Of a stretch of DNA of 38,640 nucleotides, positions 21,162 through 29,471 are shown one piece after another. Position numbers and translations under genes: made by a program. The stretch spans positions 1 through 38,640 of the forward strand of contig JAHILY010000020.1 of the NCBI GenBank assembly GCA_018896815.1, read 5' to 3'. The notes below the pieces were generated by a model, which did no database searches, was not told the DNA's origin, and was given only the letters and a program-made list of their open reading frames with translations. The stretch comes from Candidatus Omnitrophota bacterium (lineage in GTDB: Bacteria; Omnitrophota; Gorgyraeia; Gorgyraeales; Gorgyraeaceae). Position 1 is the first letter of the stretch; each line of letters begins with the position of its first letter.

Positions 21162-23846
21162 ATGGCGGGGAAAATGGTTTACTTTTTTGGACAAGGAAAG
21201 GCAGATGGAAATGCAAAGATGAAGGCGCTTCTTGGAGGCAAAGGCGCTAACCTGGCAGAGATGACAAACATGGGCGTCCCTGTGCCGCCAGGTTTTACTA
21301 TTTCAACAGAGGTGTGCGATCATTATTACAAGCACGGCAAAAAATATCCAGGCGATCTCCAGAAACAAATAGACGCCAACATTGCCAAGCTGGAAAAGGC
21401 AATGGGCGCAAAGCTCGGAGATATTAATAACCCGCTTCTTGTCTCTGTAAGAAGCGGCTCAGCTGTTTCTATGCCAGGGATGATGAACACAGTCCTTAAT
21501 CTGGGGCTTAATGACGAGGCAGTTACAGGCCTGGCCAAAAAGACAAGAAATGAGCGCCTGGCATGGGATGCATACAGGCGCTTCATAGATATGTTTGGTG
21601 GTGTCGTGATGGGAGTTAACCATGAACACTTTGAAGAAAAAATGGCCGCCATAAAGAAAAAATACAAGGCTAATGTGGACAATGACCTTACTGCGTCACA
21701 ATTAAAAGAGCTTGCGGGAGAATATAAAAAGGTATATCAGGAGCATGTTAAAAAACCTTTTCCCAGTGATGCCAGGGAGCAGCTCATGGCCAGTGTCAAG
21801 GCAGTGTTCGGGTCATGGAATACAGAAAGGGCAGTGATCTATAGAAGGATAAACAAGATAACAGGCCTTTTAGGCACAGCTGTCAATGTCCAGGCAATGG
21901 TGTTTGGAAATACAGGAAATAATTCAGGCACAGGCGTTGCCTTTACACGCAACCCATCTACCGGCGAAAATAAATTCTTTGGAGAGTTCCTTATAAATGC
22001 GCAGGGAGAAGATGTAGTAGCAGGGATAAGGACGCCTGAACCCATCAGTGATTTAAAAAAGGAAATGCCAAAGGCCTATAAAGAGCTGGATGGCATAAGA
22101 CGCAGGCTGGAGAAGCATTACCGGGATATACAGGACATTGAGTTTACTATCCAGGAAGGCAAGCTCTACATGCTGCAGACCAGGACAGGTAAACGCACTG
22201 GGCTGGCAGCAGTAAAGATAGCCTGTGACATGGTGAATGAGAAAATGATCACGCCCAAAGAGGCATTGATGAGAATAGAAGGCGATCAGCTCAATCAGCT
22301 TCTCTTTCCTATATTTGACCCAAAGGCAAAATCAAGCTCTACTGTGATTGCAAAGGGCTTGCCTGCCGGCCCTGGCGCAGCGTCGGGACAGGTGGTCTTT
22401 ACTGCCAGGGATGCAGAGGAGTGGAAGAAGAGAGGTAAAAAGGTTATCCTGGTGAGGCATGAGACCTCTCCTGAGGATGTTGCAGGCATGGATGCCGCAG
22501 TGGGTATTTTGACTTCTACAGGAGGCATGACCTCGCATGCTGCTGTCGTAGCAAGGGGATGGGGCAAGTGCTGTATAGCTGGCTGCAGCGCCTTAAATAT
22601 CAATTATGCAAAGAAAGAGATAAGGGTGGGCAATAGAGTAATAAAGGAAAGAGATTTTATTTCCATGGACGGCTCTACAGGAGAGGTGATGCTGGGAGAT
22701 GTAAAAGCTACATCAAGCCCTGTTATTGCAGGCGTCGCAGAGGATAATGCGGCTGCCAGGAAAAACGAGATCTACAAGATGTTTGTCCAGGTGATGAAGT
22801 GGGCAGACCGGTATCGTAAAATAAATGTGCGGGCGAATTCAGACACGCCAAAGGATTCAATGACAGCGCGCAGGCTCGGCGCAGAAGGCATAGGCCTTAC
22901 AAGGACTGAGCATATGTTTTTTGAAGGCGAGAGGATCTGGGCAATCCGCGAATTTATACTTGCGCAGAATCTTGCAGCAAGGGAAAAGGCCCTGGAAAAA
23001 TTATTGCCATATCAGCGCAAGGATTTTGAGGGCATCTTTAAAGAGATGGATGGATTGCCAGTTACGATCAGGCTTTTGGATCCGCCACTGCACGAGTTTT
23101 TGCCTAATGACGAAGCAGGCGTGAGCGAGATGGCCAAGAGGATGAATGTTTCAGCTGAAGAGATAAATGACCTTGTCAAAAAACTGCATGAGATGAATCC
23201 CATGCTGGGCCACAGGGGCTGCAGGTTATCTATTACCTATCCTGAGCTTTGCGTTATGCAGACGCAGGCCATTATGGAGGCAGCATGCAATATGGCTAAA
23301 AAAGACATCAAGGTCTTGCCTGAGATAATGATACCTCTTATAGGCACAAAGGCAGAGTTTGATTATCTGGAAGCCATTGTGCGCGAGACCGCAGAAAAGG
23401 TTATTAAGAAGGCAGGGAAGAAGGTTAAATATCTGGTAGGCACAATGATAGAGATCCCAAGGGCAGCGCTTACAGCTGATAAGATCGCTGAAGGCGCTGA
23501 GTTCTTTTCTTTTGGCACAAATGATTTGACCCAGATGACATTTGGATACAGTCGTGATGATGCAGGGGTGTTCCTGCCGGATTATATTGAAAAGAAGATA
23601 CTGCCAGAGGATCCTTTCCAGAGCATAGATCAGGACGGCGTGGGTCAGCTGGTAAAACTGGGAATTAAGCTCGGCAGAAAGACGCGAAAAAAATTAAAGG
23701 TAGGTATTTGCGGAGAACACGGTGGCGAGCCAAAGTCTGTGATATTCTGTCATAATGCAGGCATGGATTATGTGAGCTGTTCGCCGTTTCGCGTGCCAAT
23801 AGCCAGGCTGGCTGCTGCGCAGGCCGCCATTAAAAACGGGAAGTAA
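21162..23846 (+). CDS. ppdK: Pyruvate, phosphate dikinase
   Basis: 894 aa. LLGGKGANLAEM, phospho-His loop GGMTSHAAVVARGWGK, GIGLTRTEHMF, and C-terminal GICGEHGG. Confidence 0.95.
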   Translation: MAGKMVYFFGQGKADGNAKMKALLGGKGANLAEMTNMGVPVPPGFTISTEVCDHYYKHGKKYPGDLQKQIDANIAKLEKAMGAKLGDINNPLLVSVRSGSAVSMPGMMNTVLNLGLNDEAVTGLAKKTRNERLAWDAYRRFIDMFGGVVMGVNHEHFEEKMAAIKKKYKANVDNDLTASQLKELAGEYKKVYQEHVKKPFPSDAREQLMASVKAVFGSWNTERAVIYRRINKITGLLGTAVNVQAMVFGNTGNNSGTGVAFTRNPSTGENKFFGEFLINAQGEDVVAGIRTPEPISDLKKEMPKAYKELDGIRRRLEKHYRDIQDIEFTIQEGKLYMLQTRTGKRTGLAAVKIACDMVNEKMITPKEALMRIEGDQLNQLLFPIFDPKAKSSSTVIAKGLPAGPGAASGQVVFTARDAEEWKKRGKKVILVRHETSPEDVAGMDAAVGILTSTGGMTSHAAVVARGWGKCCIAGCSALNINYAKKEIRVGNRVIKERDFISMDGSTGEVMLGDVKATSSPVIAGVAEDNAAARKNEIYKMFVQVMKWADRYRKINVRANSDTPKDSMTARRLGAEGIGLTRTEHMFFEGERIWAIREFILAQNLAAREKALEKLLPYQRKDFEGIFKEMDGLPVTIRLLDPPLHEFLPNDEAGVSEMAKRMNVSAEEINDLVKKLHEMNPMLGHRGCRLSITYPELCVMQTQAIMEAACNMAKKDIKVLPEIMIPLIGTKAEFDYLEAIVRETAEKVIKKAGKKVKYLVGTMIEIPRAALTADKIAEGAEFFSFGTNDLTQMTFGYSRDDAGVFLPDYIEKKILPEDPFQSIDQDGVGQLVKLGIKLGRKTRKKLKVGICGEHGGEPKSVIFCHNAGMDYVSCSPFRVPIARLAAAQAAIKNGK

Positions 23847-23857
23847 GGGAGAGCATA

Positions 23858-24679
23858 GTGGATGCTATCAAGCTTTATCTAAGGGCGATCAAGGACATAC
23901 CTCTATTAACCGCAGAAGAAGAAAGGTCTCTTGCGCGAAAAATAAAAAGAGGGGATGCTAAGGCGCGCAGGAAGATGATCCAGTCTAATCTCCGCCTTGT
24001 CATCAACATTGGCAAGCGATACTCAAGGCTCGGCGTGCCCATGATGGACGTTATAGAGGAAGGCAACCTGGGCCTTATCAAAGCAGTGAAGAAATACAAT
24101 CCTTACAAGGGATACAGATTCAGCACTTATGCTGCCTGGTGGATAAAGCAATATATAACGCGCGCCATTGCCAACCAGGGTAAGACAATAAGGATCCCGG
24201 TTTACATGACTGAGATCATTAACAGGTGGAAGAGGATAACAGAGCAGTTGACACAGAAATATGGCAGAAAGCCCAAGGCAAAGGAAATAGCAAAGAAGAT
24301 GAGGATGCCGATAAAAAAGGTGCGGGAGATAAGCGAGATAGCCACAAAGATCTCTTCATTAGACGCGCCTATTGGTGATGACGGCACAGGGCAGTTTATG
24401 GATCTTATAGAAGATGAGTCAAGTTCATCGCCCATGGAAAACGTGACAGATACCCTGCGCCGCGAAAGGGTGGATAAACTGCTTGACCGCATGAATGACA
24501 GGGAAAAGAAGATCCTGGATCTGAGGTTTGGGCTTACAGATGGCACAACGCATACACTTGGGGAGACAGCAAAGTTTTTTGACATAACCAGGGAAAGGGT
24601 GCGTCAGATAGAGAGCGCCGCGCTTGAGAAGTTAAGAATATTCATTATCCAGCAAAGCGGCGAGCTCGGCGAATACTAA
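23858..24679 (+). CDS. Compact sigma-70-family factor with regions 1.2-4 and no region 1.1; possibly the housekeeping sigma
   Basis: 273 aa with a GTG start. NLRLVINIGKRY, EEGNLGLIKAVKKYNPYKGYRFSTYAAWWIKQYITRAI (regions 2.2-2.4), IRIPVYM, and region 4.2 HTH LGETAKFFDITRERVRQIESAALEKL. Confidence 0.85.
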   Translation: MDAIKLYLRAIKDIPLLTAEEERSLARKIKRGDAKARRKMIQSNLRLVINIGKRYSRLGVPMMDVIEEGNLGLIKAVKKYNPYKGYRFSTYAAWWIKQYITRAIANQGKTIRIPVYMTEIINRWKRITEQLTQKYGRKPKAKEIAKKMRMPIKKVREISEIATKISSLDAPIGDDGTGQFMDLIEDESSSSPMENVTDTLRRERVDKLLDRMNDREKKILDLRFGLTDGTTHTLGETAKFFDITRERVRQIESAALEKLRIFIIQQSGELGEY

Positions 24680-24743
24680 CTTTACACTTGAGTAGTAGGC
24701 CAGGTTTAAACCTGGCCTACTACTTTACTAAGCGTAAAGTTAG
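24676..24743 (+). terminator. Nested double hairpin after the sigma gene
   Basis: Inner perfect 17-bp palindrome AGTAGTAGGCCAGGTTT / AAACCTGGCCTACTACT (24691-24724) followed by TTT. Outer stem CTAACTTTAC (24676-24685) / GTAAAGTTAG (24734-24743). Confidence 0.6.
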
Positions 24744-24764
24744 CGATTAGATAAGGAGGAAGGC

Positions 24765-25280
24765 GTGGAGGATTTAAAGAATTACATTCGAAATATACCG
24801 GATTTTCCAAAAAAGGGAATACTGTTCAGGGACATCACGACCCTTTTGAGCAACAAGGAAAAGTTCAAAGAGGTCATTGATGAATTAGCGAAACGCTATT
24901 CAGGCAAGAACATCGATGCAGTTGTTGCGATCGAATCGCGTGGATTTATCTTTGGGGGCGCGCTGGCTGAAAGGCTTGGCGCAGGATTTGTGCCAGTCAG
25001 GAAAAAAGGAAAGCTGCCGCACAAGACCCTGAGCGCTACTTATTCTTTAGAGTACGGAGAAGACACGCTCCAGATACATGAAGATGCGCTTCAGCCTGGC
25101 GCAAAGGTTTTATTGATAGATGACCTTCTTGCGACAGGCGGCACAATGGCTGCAGTTATAGAGCTTGTGAAAAAGCTAAAGGCTGATATTATCGAATTAG
25201 CCTTTGTAATCGAATTGACAGATCTTAAGGGCAGAGCCAATCTAAAGGGTGTTCCGGTTTATTCGATGGTGAAATATTAA
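24765..25280 (+). CDS. apt: Adenine phosphoribosyltransferase
   Basis: 171 aa with a GTG start after AAGGAGGA. IPDFPKKGILFRDITTLL, and the PRPP-binding loop VLLIDDLLATGGT. Confidence 0.9.
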   Translation: MEDLKNYIRNIPDFPKKGILFRDITTLLSNKEKFKEVIDELAKRYSGKNIDAVVAIESRGFIFGGALAERLGAGFVPVRKKGKLPHKTLSATYSLEYGEDTLQIHEDALQPGAKVLLIDDLLATGGTMAAVIELVKKLKADIIELAFVIELTDLKGRANLKGVPVYSMVKY

Positions 25281-25286
25281 ACATTC

Positions 25287-25363
25287 GTCCCAGTAGCTCA
25301 GTTGGATAGAGCGTAGGTTTCCTAAACCTAAGGTCGGAGGTTCGAGCCCTCCTTGGGACGCCA
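25287..25363 (+). tRNA. tRNA-Arg (anticodon CCU), CCA encoded
   Basis: Manual cloverleaf. Acceptor GTCCCAG/TTGGGAC, D arm GCTC-AGTTGGATA-GAGC, anticodon arm TAGGT-TTCCTAA-ACCTA, variable loop AGGTC, T arm GGAGG-TTCGAGC-CCTCC, discriminator G, then CCA. Confidence 0.9.
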
Positions 25364-25549
25364 AGCTTTGCGAAGCAAAGCTTGGTCCTGAGCAAGCCAA
25401 AAAATTTGACGAACAGGAAAATTTTTGGCGCGTCGAAGGGCCAATGACAAGCAGAAGCAAATTTTGGTCCCGAGCAAGGCCAGCGAAGTTGGCCGCGTCG
25501 AGGGGCCAAGCAATAGACAGGAAAATTTTTGGCGCGTCGAAGGGCCAAT
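25364..25549 (+). repeat. Cluster of TTGG...CCAA mini-hairpins and a duplicated 33-mer directly after the tRNA
   Basis: Hairpin AGCTTTGC-GAA-GCAAAGCT (25364-25382). ACAGGAAAATTTTTGGCGCGTCGAAGGGCCAAT is present identically at 25413-25445 and 25517-25549. Related units are TTGGTCCTGAGCAAGCCAA, TTGGTCCCGAGCAAGGCCA and TTGGCCGCGTCGAGGGGCCAA. Confidence 0.7.
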
Positions 25550-25567
25550 ATCAGATAGGAGAAAGTT

Positions 25568-26218
25568 ATGATTGATCTACACACACATAGTTTGTTAAGT
25601 GACGGGGTGCTTTTGCCTTGTGAACTTGCTAGGAGGGCAGAGGTAAAGGGATATAAAGTGATCGGGATTACAGACCATGCTGATGCATCGAATTTGGAAT
25701 TTGTCATAAGCTGTGTCTTAAAGGCATGCAAGGATATAAATAAAAATTGGAAGATCAAGGCGATTCCCGGAGTTGAGCTGACTCACATGCCGCTTGAGAG
25801 CATTAAAGATGCAGTAAAGCTTGCGCGCTCAAAAGGACTAAAATTAGTGCTTGTGCATGGAGAGACAATCTATGAGCCAGTGCTTAAAGGCACAAACAAG
25901 GCTGCAATACTTTCTGAGCCAGACATCTTGACCCACCCCGGCCTTATATCATTAGAGGATGCAATGCTTGCCGCGAAAAAGAGAGTGCACCTGGAGATAT
26001 CCGGCCGCGTTGGCCACTCCCTTACCAATGGCCATGTGGCAGGTGTGGCAAGGCAGGCAGGGGCTAAGCTGGTCATTAATTCAGACGCGCATGAGCCAGG
26101 AGACCTGCTTACAAAGGGGTTCGCAAGGGAGATCCTGGCTGGGGCAGGGCTTAGTCAGAAGGAGGCGCAAGGGGTCTTGAGGAATTCCCAGGAGCTGGCC
26201 TGTAGCTTAATTGCATAG
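25568..26218 (+). CDS. PHP-domain (histidinol-phosphatase-like) metal-dependent phosphoesterase
   Basis: 216 aa. MIDLHTHSLLSDG, GITDHAD, VHGE and NSDAH motifs in the order expected for PHP. GGAG SD. Confidence 0.75.
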   Translation: MIDLHTHSLLSDGVLLPCELARRAEVKGYKVIGITDHADASNLEFVISCVLKACKDINKNWKIKAIPGVELTHMPLESIKDAVKLARSKGLKLVLVHGETIYEPVLKGTNKAAILSEPDILTHPGLISLEDAMLAAKKRVHLEISGRVGHSLTNGHVAGVARQAGAKLVINSDAHEPGDLLTKGFAREILAGAGLSQKEAQGVLRNSQELACSLIA

Positions 26219-26431
26219 CGCCCCCCTTGTTTTGTTTCAGGTTCTGTCAAAAAGAAACCACAGAGAACACAGAGATTTTTTAAATTTTGAACAAAAAGGA
26301 AAGAAGTATTTGGAAAAATCTGGGGTTAGCTTTAGCCGCCACTCCAATAGTATCCTTTGTCGGCCTTAGTATCATTACTTTAATGATTACTGAAAGAACA
26401 ACATATTGCGAAAAGTTTTTTAAGAAAGAGT

Positions 26432-26460
26432 TTGACAATACACCAAAAATAGTGTATACT
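26432..26460 (+). promoter_or_regulatory. Near-consensus sigma70 promoter of the TA operon
   Basis: TTGACA (26432-26437), 17-nt spacer, TATACT (26455-26460). Confidence 0.6.
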
Positions 26461-26479
26461 TTATAGTGAGGGTTAATGC

Positions 26480-26827
26480 ATGTACAAAGTAGAATTTTAC
26501 GAAGATAGAAAAAAAGAATGTCCTGTAATTGAATTCTTGGAGGACATTCAACCGAAGATCGCGGCAAAGGTTGCAAAGTGGATTGAGAAACTTGAACAGG
26601 AAGGGCCAAATTTACCTCGGCCTTATGCGGATATAGTGCGAGGTAAAATTAGAGAGCTTAGAGTGGGTTTTGGTTCGAATGAATATCGATTTTTATATTT
26701 TTTCTTTGGGAAGACGATTGTTATTACTCATGGTTTTTTAAAAAAGACGCAGAAAGTTCCTGAAGGTGAGATTAAAAGAGCAGGCCGTTATATGAAAGAT
26801 TTTTTACAAAGAAACAAAGGGGGTTGA
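26480..26827 (+). CDS. Type II toxin, RelE/HigB superfamily (Gp49/DUF891-like)
   Basis: 115 aa. VEFYEDRKKECPVIEFLEDIQPKIAAKVAKWIEKLEQEGPNLPRPYADIVRGKIRELRV...RFLYFFFGKTIVITHGFLKKTQKVP is the typical Gp49-like pattern. The toxin-first order fits HigBA. Confidence 0.8.
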   Translation: MYKVEFYEDRKKECPVIEFLEDIQPKIAAKVAKWIEKLEQEGPNLPRPYADIVRGKIRELRVGFGSNEYRFLYFFFGKTIVITHGFLKKTQKVPEGEIKRAGRYMKDFLQRNKGG

Positions 26828-26834
26828 TGTAATT

Positions 26835-27119
26835 ATGAAAGGGACAGTAAAGTTTAGGGATTATTTAAAGAAGAAATTAGAAGATCCGGAGTTCAAAAAG
26901 GCATTTGATGAAGAAGAGATTTATGCTTCTTTGGCTATTCAGATAGCTAAGATTAGACAAGAGAAAAATTTGACTCAAGAAGACTTAGCTAAAGAATTGC
27001 ACACTACTCAACAGACAGTATCACGTCTGGAGGATATTCATAATACAAGTTATTCTTTACGAACATTGATTAAGCTAGCGAGGGCATTGGATAAGAAGTT
27101 AGAAGTACAGTTAGTTTAA
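26835..27119 (+). CDS. XRE-family HTH antitoxin (HigA-like)
   Basis: 94 aa. The HTH is NLTQEDLAKELHTTQQTVSRLED. Starts 8 nt after the toxin stop. Confidence 0.8.
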   Translation: MKGTVKFRDYLKKKLEDPEFKKAFDEEEIYASLAIQIAKIRQEKNLTQEDLAKELHTTQQTVSRLEDIHNTSYSLRTLIKLARALDKKLEVQLV

Positions 27120-27226
27120 AATTTTTTTCTCTGTGTCCTCTGTGGTTTATTTTATATCCTTTCATGCTTTATTTGATACTACCTTATTTCGCTTCGCCCC
27201 TAGAAATTTGCGAAACAAATTTTGGC

Positions 27227-27255
27227 TTGACAAGCTTGTATATATAAGGTATACT
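27227..27255 (+). promoter_or_regulatory. Near-consensus sigma70 promoter of the porin gene, implying a leader of about 180 nt
   Basis: TTGACA (27227-27232), 17-nt spacer, TATACT (27250-27255). AAGGAGG SD at 27427-27433. Confidence 0.6.
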
Positions 27256-27440
27256 TTCATTTCAAATAGGGAAAACAGGCTATACCGCCATAGACAGCCT
27301 TAATAAAGGCAGGAAAGGAGGGGGTAATTTAATTAGCCAGGGGCAGTCAAAAACATGGCGATATATAATAAAGTAAATAGAACATATCTTTAGGGAAACC
27401 TAAAAAGAATAAATCGAAATTAACCAAGGAGGAAAACCAA

Positions 27441-28898
27441 ATGAAGCGATTAATGATATTATGCGTTATCATGACAGCAGTCGCTCTAATCGCAGGACCT
27501 GCGTTCGCAGAAGTACAGAACGTAAAGGTATCAGGCGACGTGAACGCTGGTGGCGTGTATCGCAATAGCTACAACCTGTATCCTGCTTCAAGGAATGCCT
27601 TAACTACCAGCGGTGAAGAAGGCCAGGACAGTGATAACAACAACTTTCTTTACACACAGGCAAGGGTCAGGATAGATGCTGATCTTACTGACAATGTAAT
27701 GGCAACTATTCGGTTGTTATCAGAGTATGACTGGTGTACAGAGAGTAATACAGCTGGTGATGGTGACAATTTGGATATTGATCTTGCCAATGTTACGTTA
27801 AAGGAAGTATTTTACGCTCCTTTGACAGTGATCGTAGGTAGGCAGGAACTAAGGTATGGAACTGCTTTTATCATTGGCGATCCAGACACCAATGGAACTT
27901 CAGCAGATTCTAATTTTACAGCAGCTGATCTGAGCTTGCGCAAATCCTTTGACGCTGTAAGGGCAATATTAGACTATAACCCTTTAACAGTAGAAGGTAT
28001 CTTTGCCAAGATAGATGAGCAGACTGGAGCAGCTACTCTGCCAAACACAAACGAAAATGATGATGAAGATCTTTTTGGCGTAAACGTGGCTTATGATCTC
28101 AGTGACAACAATGCAGAGGCAGAGGCATACTGGTTCTTAAACAGAGATCAGAACCAAGACGCAGCTACTGCTTCTACATCTCACAATACACCTGGTCATG
28201 ACATCCACACCTTTGGCTTAAGAGGCAGTATCGAGCCAATGGAGAACTTGAATCTATTAGGTGAATTTGCATTGCAGCGCGGTGATTTTGAAACTGCTTC
28301 ACAGGATTCAGTAACCGTAAAGAGAAAACAGGAATCATTAGCATACCAGGTAGCTGGTGATTTCACATTCGCAGATATAGAATGGATGCCAGTTATTAGA
28401 GCTGGTTGGACACACTATTCAGGAGAAGGCTTTGCTGATGACGGCGACTATAATGCATGGATTCCTCTATACGAGGACCAGACTCATGGCGTAGTTGCAA
28501 ACTATATCCTGAGCGGTGTCAATGGCGGTCAGAATAGTAATGCTGACATATTAAACATTGGCGCAAGCGCTGATGTAATGGAAGACTTGTCTGTCAGTAT
28601 TGATTATTACAACTTCTTGCTAGATGAGAAGCTGGTACAGGCAGCCAATACAGCTCTGGTGACTACACGTGGTTATAATTATGTCAATCTTAGCGAGGCC
28701 TCTATCTACGCGAATGATAGCGACGAGCTCGGTTATGAAATAGACATTGCATTAAACTATGACTATACCGAGGATGTAAAGATGGGGCTTTCAGCTGGTT
28801 GGTTCAAGCCAGGTAAAGCATTAGAGGGCGAAGTTTCTACCGAAAGAAATGACCAAACAGCTCTTCAGGTGTTAGCAACATTGGACGTGGCCTTCTAA
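27441..28898 (+). CDS. Outer-membrane beta-barrel protein / porin (alginate-export-like), very acidic
   Basis: 485 aa. Signal peptide MKRLMILCVIMTAVALIAGPAFA-EVQ. VGRQELRYGTAFIIGD resembles the alginate-export family motif. Alternating amphipathic strands. C-terminal ...LATLDVAF ends in Phe, as OMP barrels do. Confidence 0.7.
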   Translation: MKRLMILCVIMTAVALIAGPAFAEVQNVKVSGDVNAGGVYRNSYNLYPASRNALTTSGEEGQDSDNNNFLYTQARVRIDADLTDNVMATIRLLSEYDWCTESNTAGDGDNLDIDLANVTLKEVFYAPLTVIVGRQELRYGTAFIIGDPDTNGTSADSNFTAADLSLRKSFDAVRAILDYNPLTVEGIFAKIDEQTGAATLPNTNENDDEDLFGVNVAYDLSDNNAEAEAYWFLNRDQNQDAATASTSHNTPGHDIHTFGLRGSIEPMENLNLLGEFALQRGDFETASQDSVTVKRKQESLAYQVAGDFTFADIEWMPVIRAGWTHYSGEGFADDGDYNAWIPLYEDQTHGVVANYILSGVNGGQNSNADILNIGASADVMEDLSVSIDYYNFLLDEKLVQAANTALVTTRGYNYVNLSEASIYANDSDELGYEIDIALNYDYTEDVKMGLSAGWFKPGKALEGEVSTERNDQTALQVLATLDVAF

Positions 28899-28919
28899 CC
28901 ATTGTTGGAAGCTTTAAAA

Positions 28920-28971
28920 ATCCGCCGAAGCATATCTGCTATGAAGTTTCTTCTTTGGCGAAGGCGGATAA
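28920..28971 (+). repeat. Conserved 52-nt post-stop element, copy 2
   Basis: 48 of 52 nt identical to 253-304. As at the groEL locus, it is followed by a TGACAA box and then a terminator. Confidence 0.8.
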
Positions 28972-28996
28972 CTTGATTTGACAACGTGATTAATAC

Positions 28997-29034
28997 GATC
29001 CCCTGGGGGAGTAATCCTCCAGGGGATTTTTTTT
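28997..29034 (+). terminator. Intrinsic terminator downstream of the porin gene
   Basis: GATCCCCTGG (28997-29006) pairs with CCAGGGGAT (29019-29027), followed by T8. Confidence 0.75.
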
Positions 29035-29150
29035 GGTGGGGCTGTCTCTGCTCAGCCCACTGGCTCTCGGGGACGCAAAAGTAGATATTAAGATGATAGC
29101 AGTAATTTTTCTTTCTTTGTTGGTAATGTGAATATATCGATAAACATGCT

Positions 29151-29176
29151 GTCATTCCCGCGGAAGCGGGAATCTA
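29151..29176 (-). repeat. TAGATTCCCGCTTYCGCGGGAATGAC hairpin repeat, left copy (reverse orientation)
   Basis: GTCATTCCCGCGGAAGCGGGAATCTA. Its reverse complement differs from 29516-29541 at one base. Ends 7 nt before the GIY-YIG ATG. Confidence 0.75.
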
Positions 29177-29183
29177 ACTTGTT

Positions 29184-29471
29184 ATGAAACAATATTATGT
29201 ATATATTTTAGCAAGTAAGAAAAACGGAGTTTTATACATAGGCGTAACGAGTGATTTAGTAAAAAGAGTATATGAGCACAAAAACAATCTTGTCGAAGGA
29301 TTTACAAAGAAGTATCATGTTCATAAACTTGTATATTACGAGGAAAACAACGATGTATATGCTGCAATAACAAGAGAAAAACAGATAAAGAAATGGAATA
29401 GAGCATGGAAGGTGCAATTGATAGAAAAAAATAACTCTGATTGGGGAGATTTATACTATAATTTACTATAG
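29184..29471 (+). CDS. Small stand-alone GIY-YIG nuclease-superfamily protein (UPF0213/COG2827-like)
   Basis: 95 aa. YYVYILASKKNGVLYIGVTSDLVKRVYEHKNN...GFTKKYHVHKLVYYEE...AITREKQIKKWNRAWK matches the GIY...YIG...R...E...N pattern. Confidence 0.85.
   Translation: MKQYYVYILASKKNGVLYIGVTSDLVKRVYEHKNNLVEGFTKKYHVHKLVYYEENNDVYAAITREKQIKKWNRAWKVQLIEKNNSDWGDLYYNLL

Larger units (their letters stand above)
26255..27148. mobile_element. 894-bp cassette bounded by CACAGAG-type 21-nt inverted repeats, carrying a promoter and the toxin-antitoxin pair
   Basis: AAACCACAGAGAACACAGAGA (26255-26275) matches the reverse complement of TCTCTGTGTCCTCTGTGGTTT (27128-27148) at 20 of 21 positions. The same motif bounds the 2688-2916 element. 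No transposase and no target-site duplication seen. Confidence 0.45.

Noticed and set aside
25225-25758. 177-aa minus-strand ORF spanning the apt end, the tRNA and the repeat cluster
   Set aside because: It runs antisense through a clear tRNA gene and tandem repeats, so it is open only because of repeat composition.
25287-26218. Genomic island or prophage integrated at the tRNA
   Set aside because: There is no integrase, no direct repeat of the tRNA 3' end within the window, and the next gene is an ordinary PHP hydrolase. Only the repeat cluster is reported.
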